Shown here one piece after another: positions 63,988-64,000 of a DNA stretch of 64,000 bases. Position 1 is the stretch's first letter, and the number at the start of each line of letters is the position of its first letter. The notes under the pieces were generated by a model. It saw only the letters and a list, made by a program, of their open reading frames with translations, was not told the origin of the DNA and made no database searches. The position numbers were made by a program, and so were the translations under genes. The DNA is from Bacteroidota bacterium (lineage in GTDB: Bacteria > Bacteroidota > Bacteroidia > Bacteroidales > UBA1715), in NCBI GenBank assembly GCA_009786075.1, contig WQTX01000001.1, positions 1,592 through 65,591 of the forward strand. The letters run 5' to 3'.

Positions 63988-64000
63988 CGTTATATTCGGA

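Overview
This window looks like a chromosomal fragment from a Bacteroidota bacterium. The evidence is T9SS type-A and type-B C-terminal sorting domains, a PorP/SprF gene, a DUF2723 protein and TAnnTTTG-type promoter boxes. All calls come from reading the sequence and the ORF track; no searches were run, so family names are motif-based recognitions, not hits.

Layout:
1. 1-16 kb: envelope and housekeeping genes. These are an S8 peptidase, an NfnAB-like ferredoxin:NADP oxidoreductase pair, SPOR, OmpA-like and DUF2723 proteins, three tandem porin paralogs, and a lipoprotein with internal repeats.
2. 16.0-36.6 kb: an ABC-transporter-dependent (Wzm/Wzt) glycan locus. It carries WbpB/WbpE/WbpD-like and WbpG-like genes, several glycosyltransferases and two methyltransferases. 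It is interrupted by non-glycan genes: a 23S-IVS/Avd-family four-helix-bundle gene, two ATPases and a YhcG/DUF1016 nuclease.
3. 36.7-50.9 kb: recX, a MORN-repeat protein, LutC-like, ftsH, rsfS, tRNA-Asn, aqpZ, and a PorP/SprF gene paired with a 1487-aa type-B-CTD adhesin.
4. 50.9-64.0 kb: a conflict-gene island, the best candidate for something new. It holds a stand-alone 970-aa AEP/PrimPol - SF2 helicase - HKD(PLD) nuclease fusion, next to a strand-specific structured RNA candidate and an 11-bp phased repeat array. It also holds a second long nested hairpin, a Schlafen/AlbA_2-type protein next to an SF1 helicase (a possible split long-Schlafen arrangement), and an AbiEii toxin at the window edge.

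The genome is also rich in palindromic intergenic repeat families and in 7-8-nt periodic stop-rich arrays placed at CDS boundaries. Two small ORFs sit exactly inside perfect inverted repeats. No rRNA, CRISPR array, transposase or integrase was recognised.
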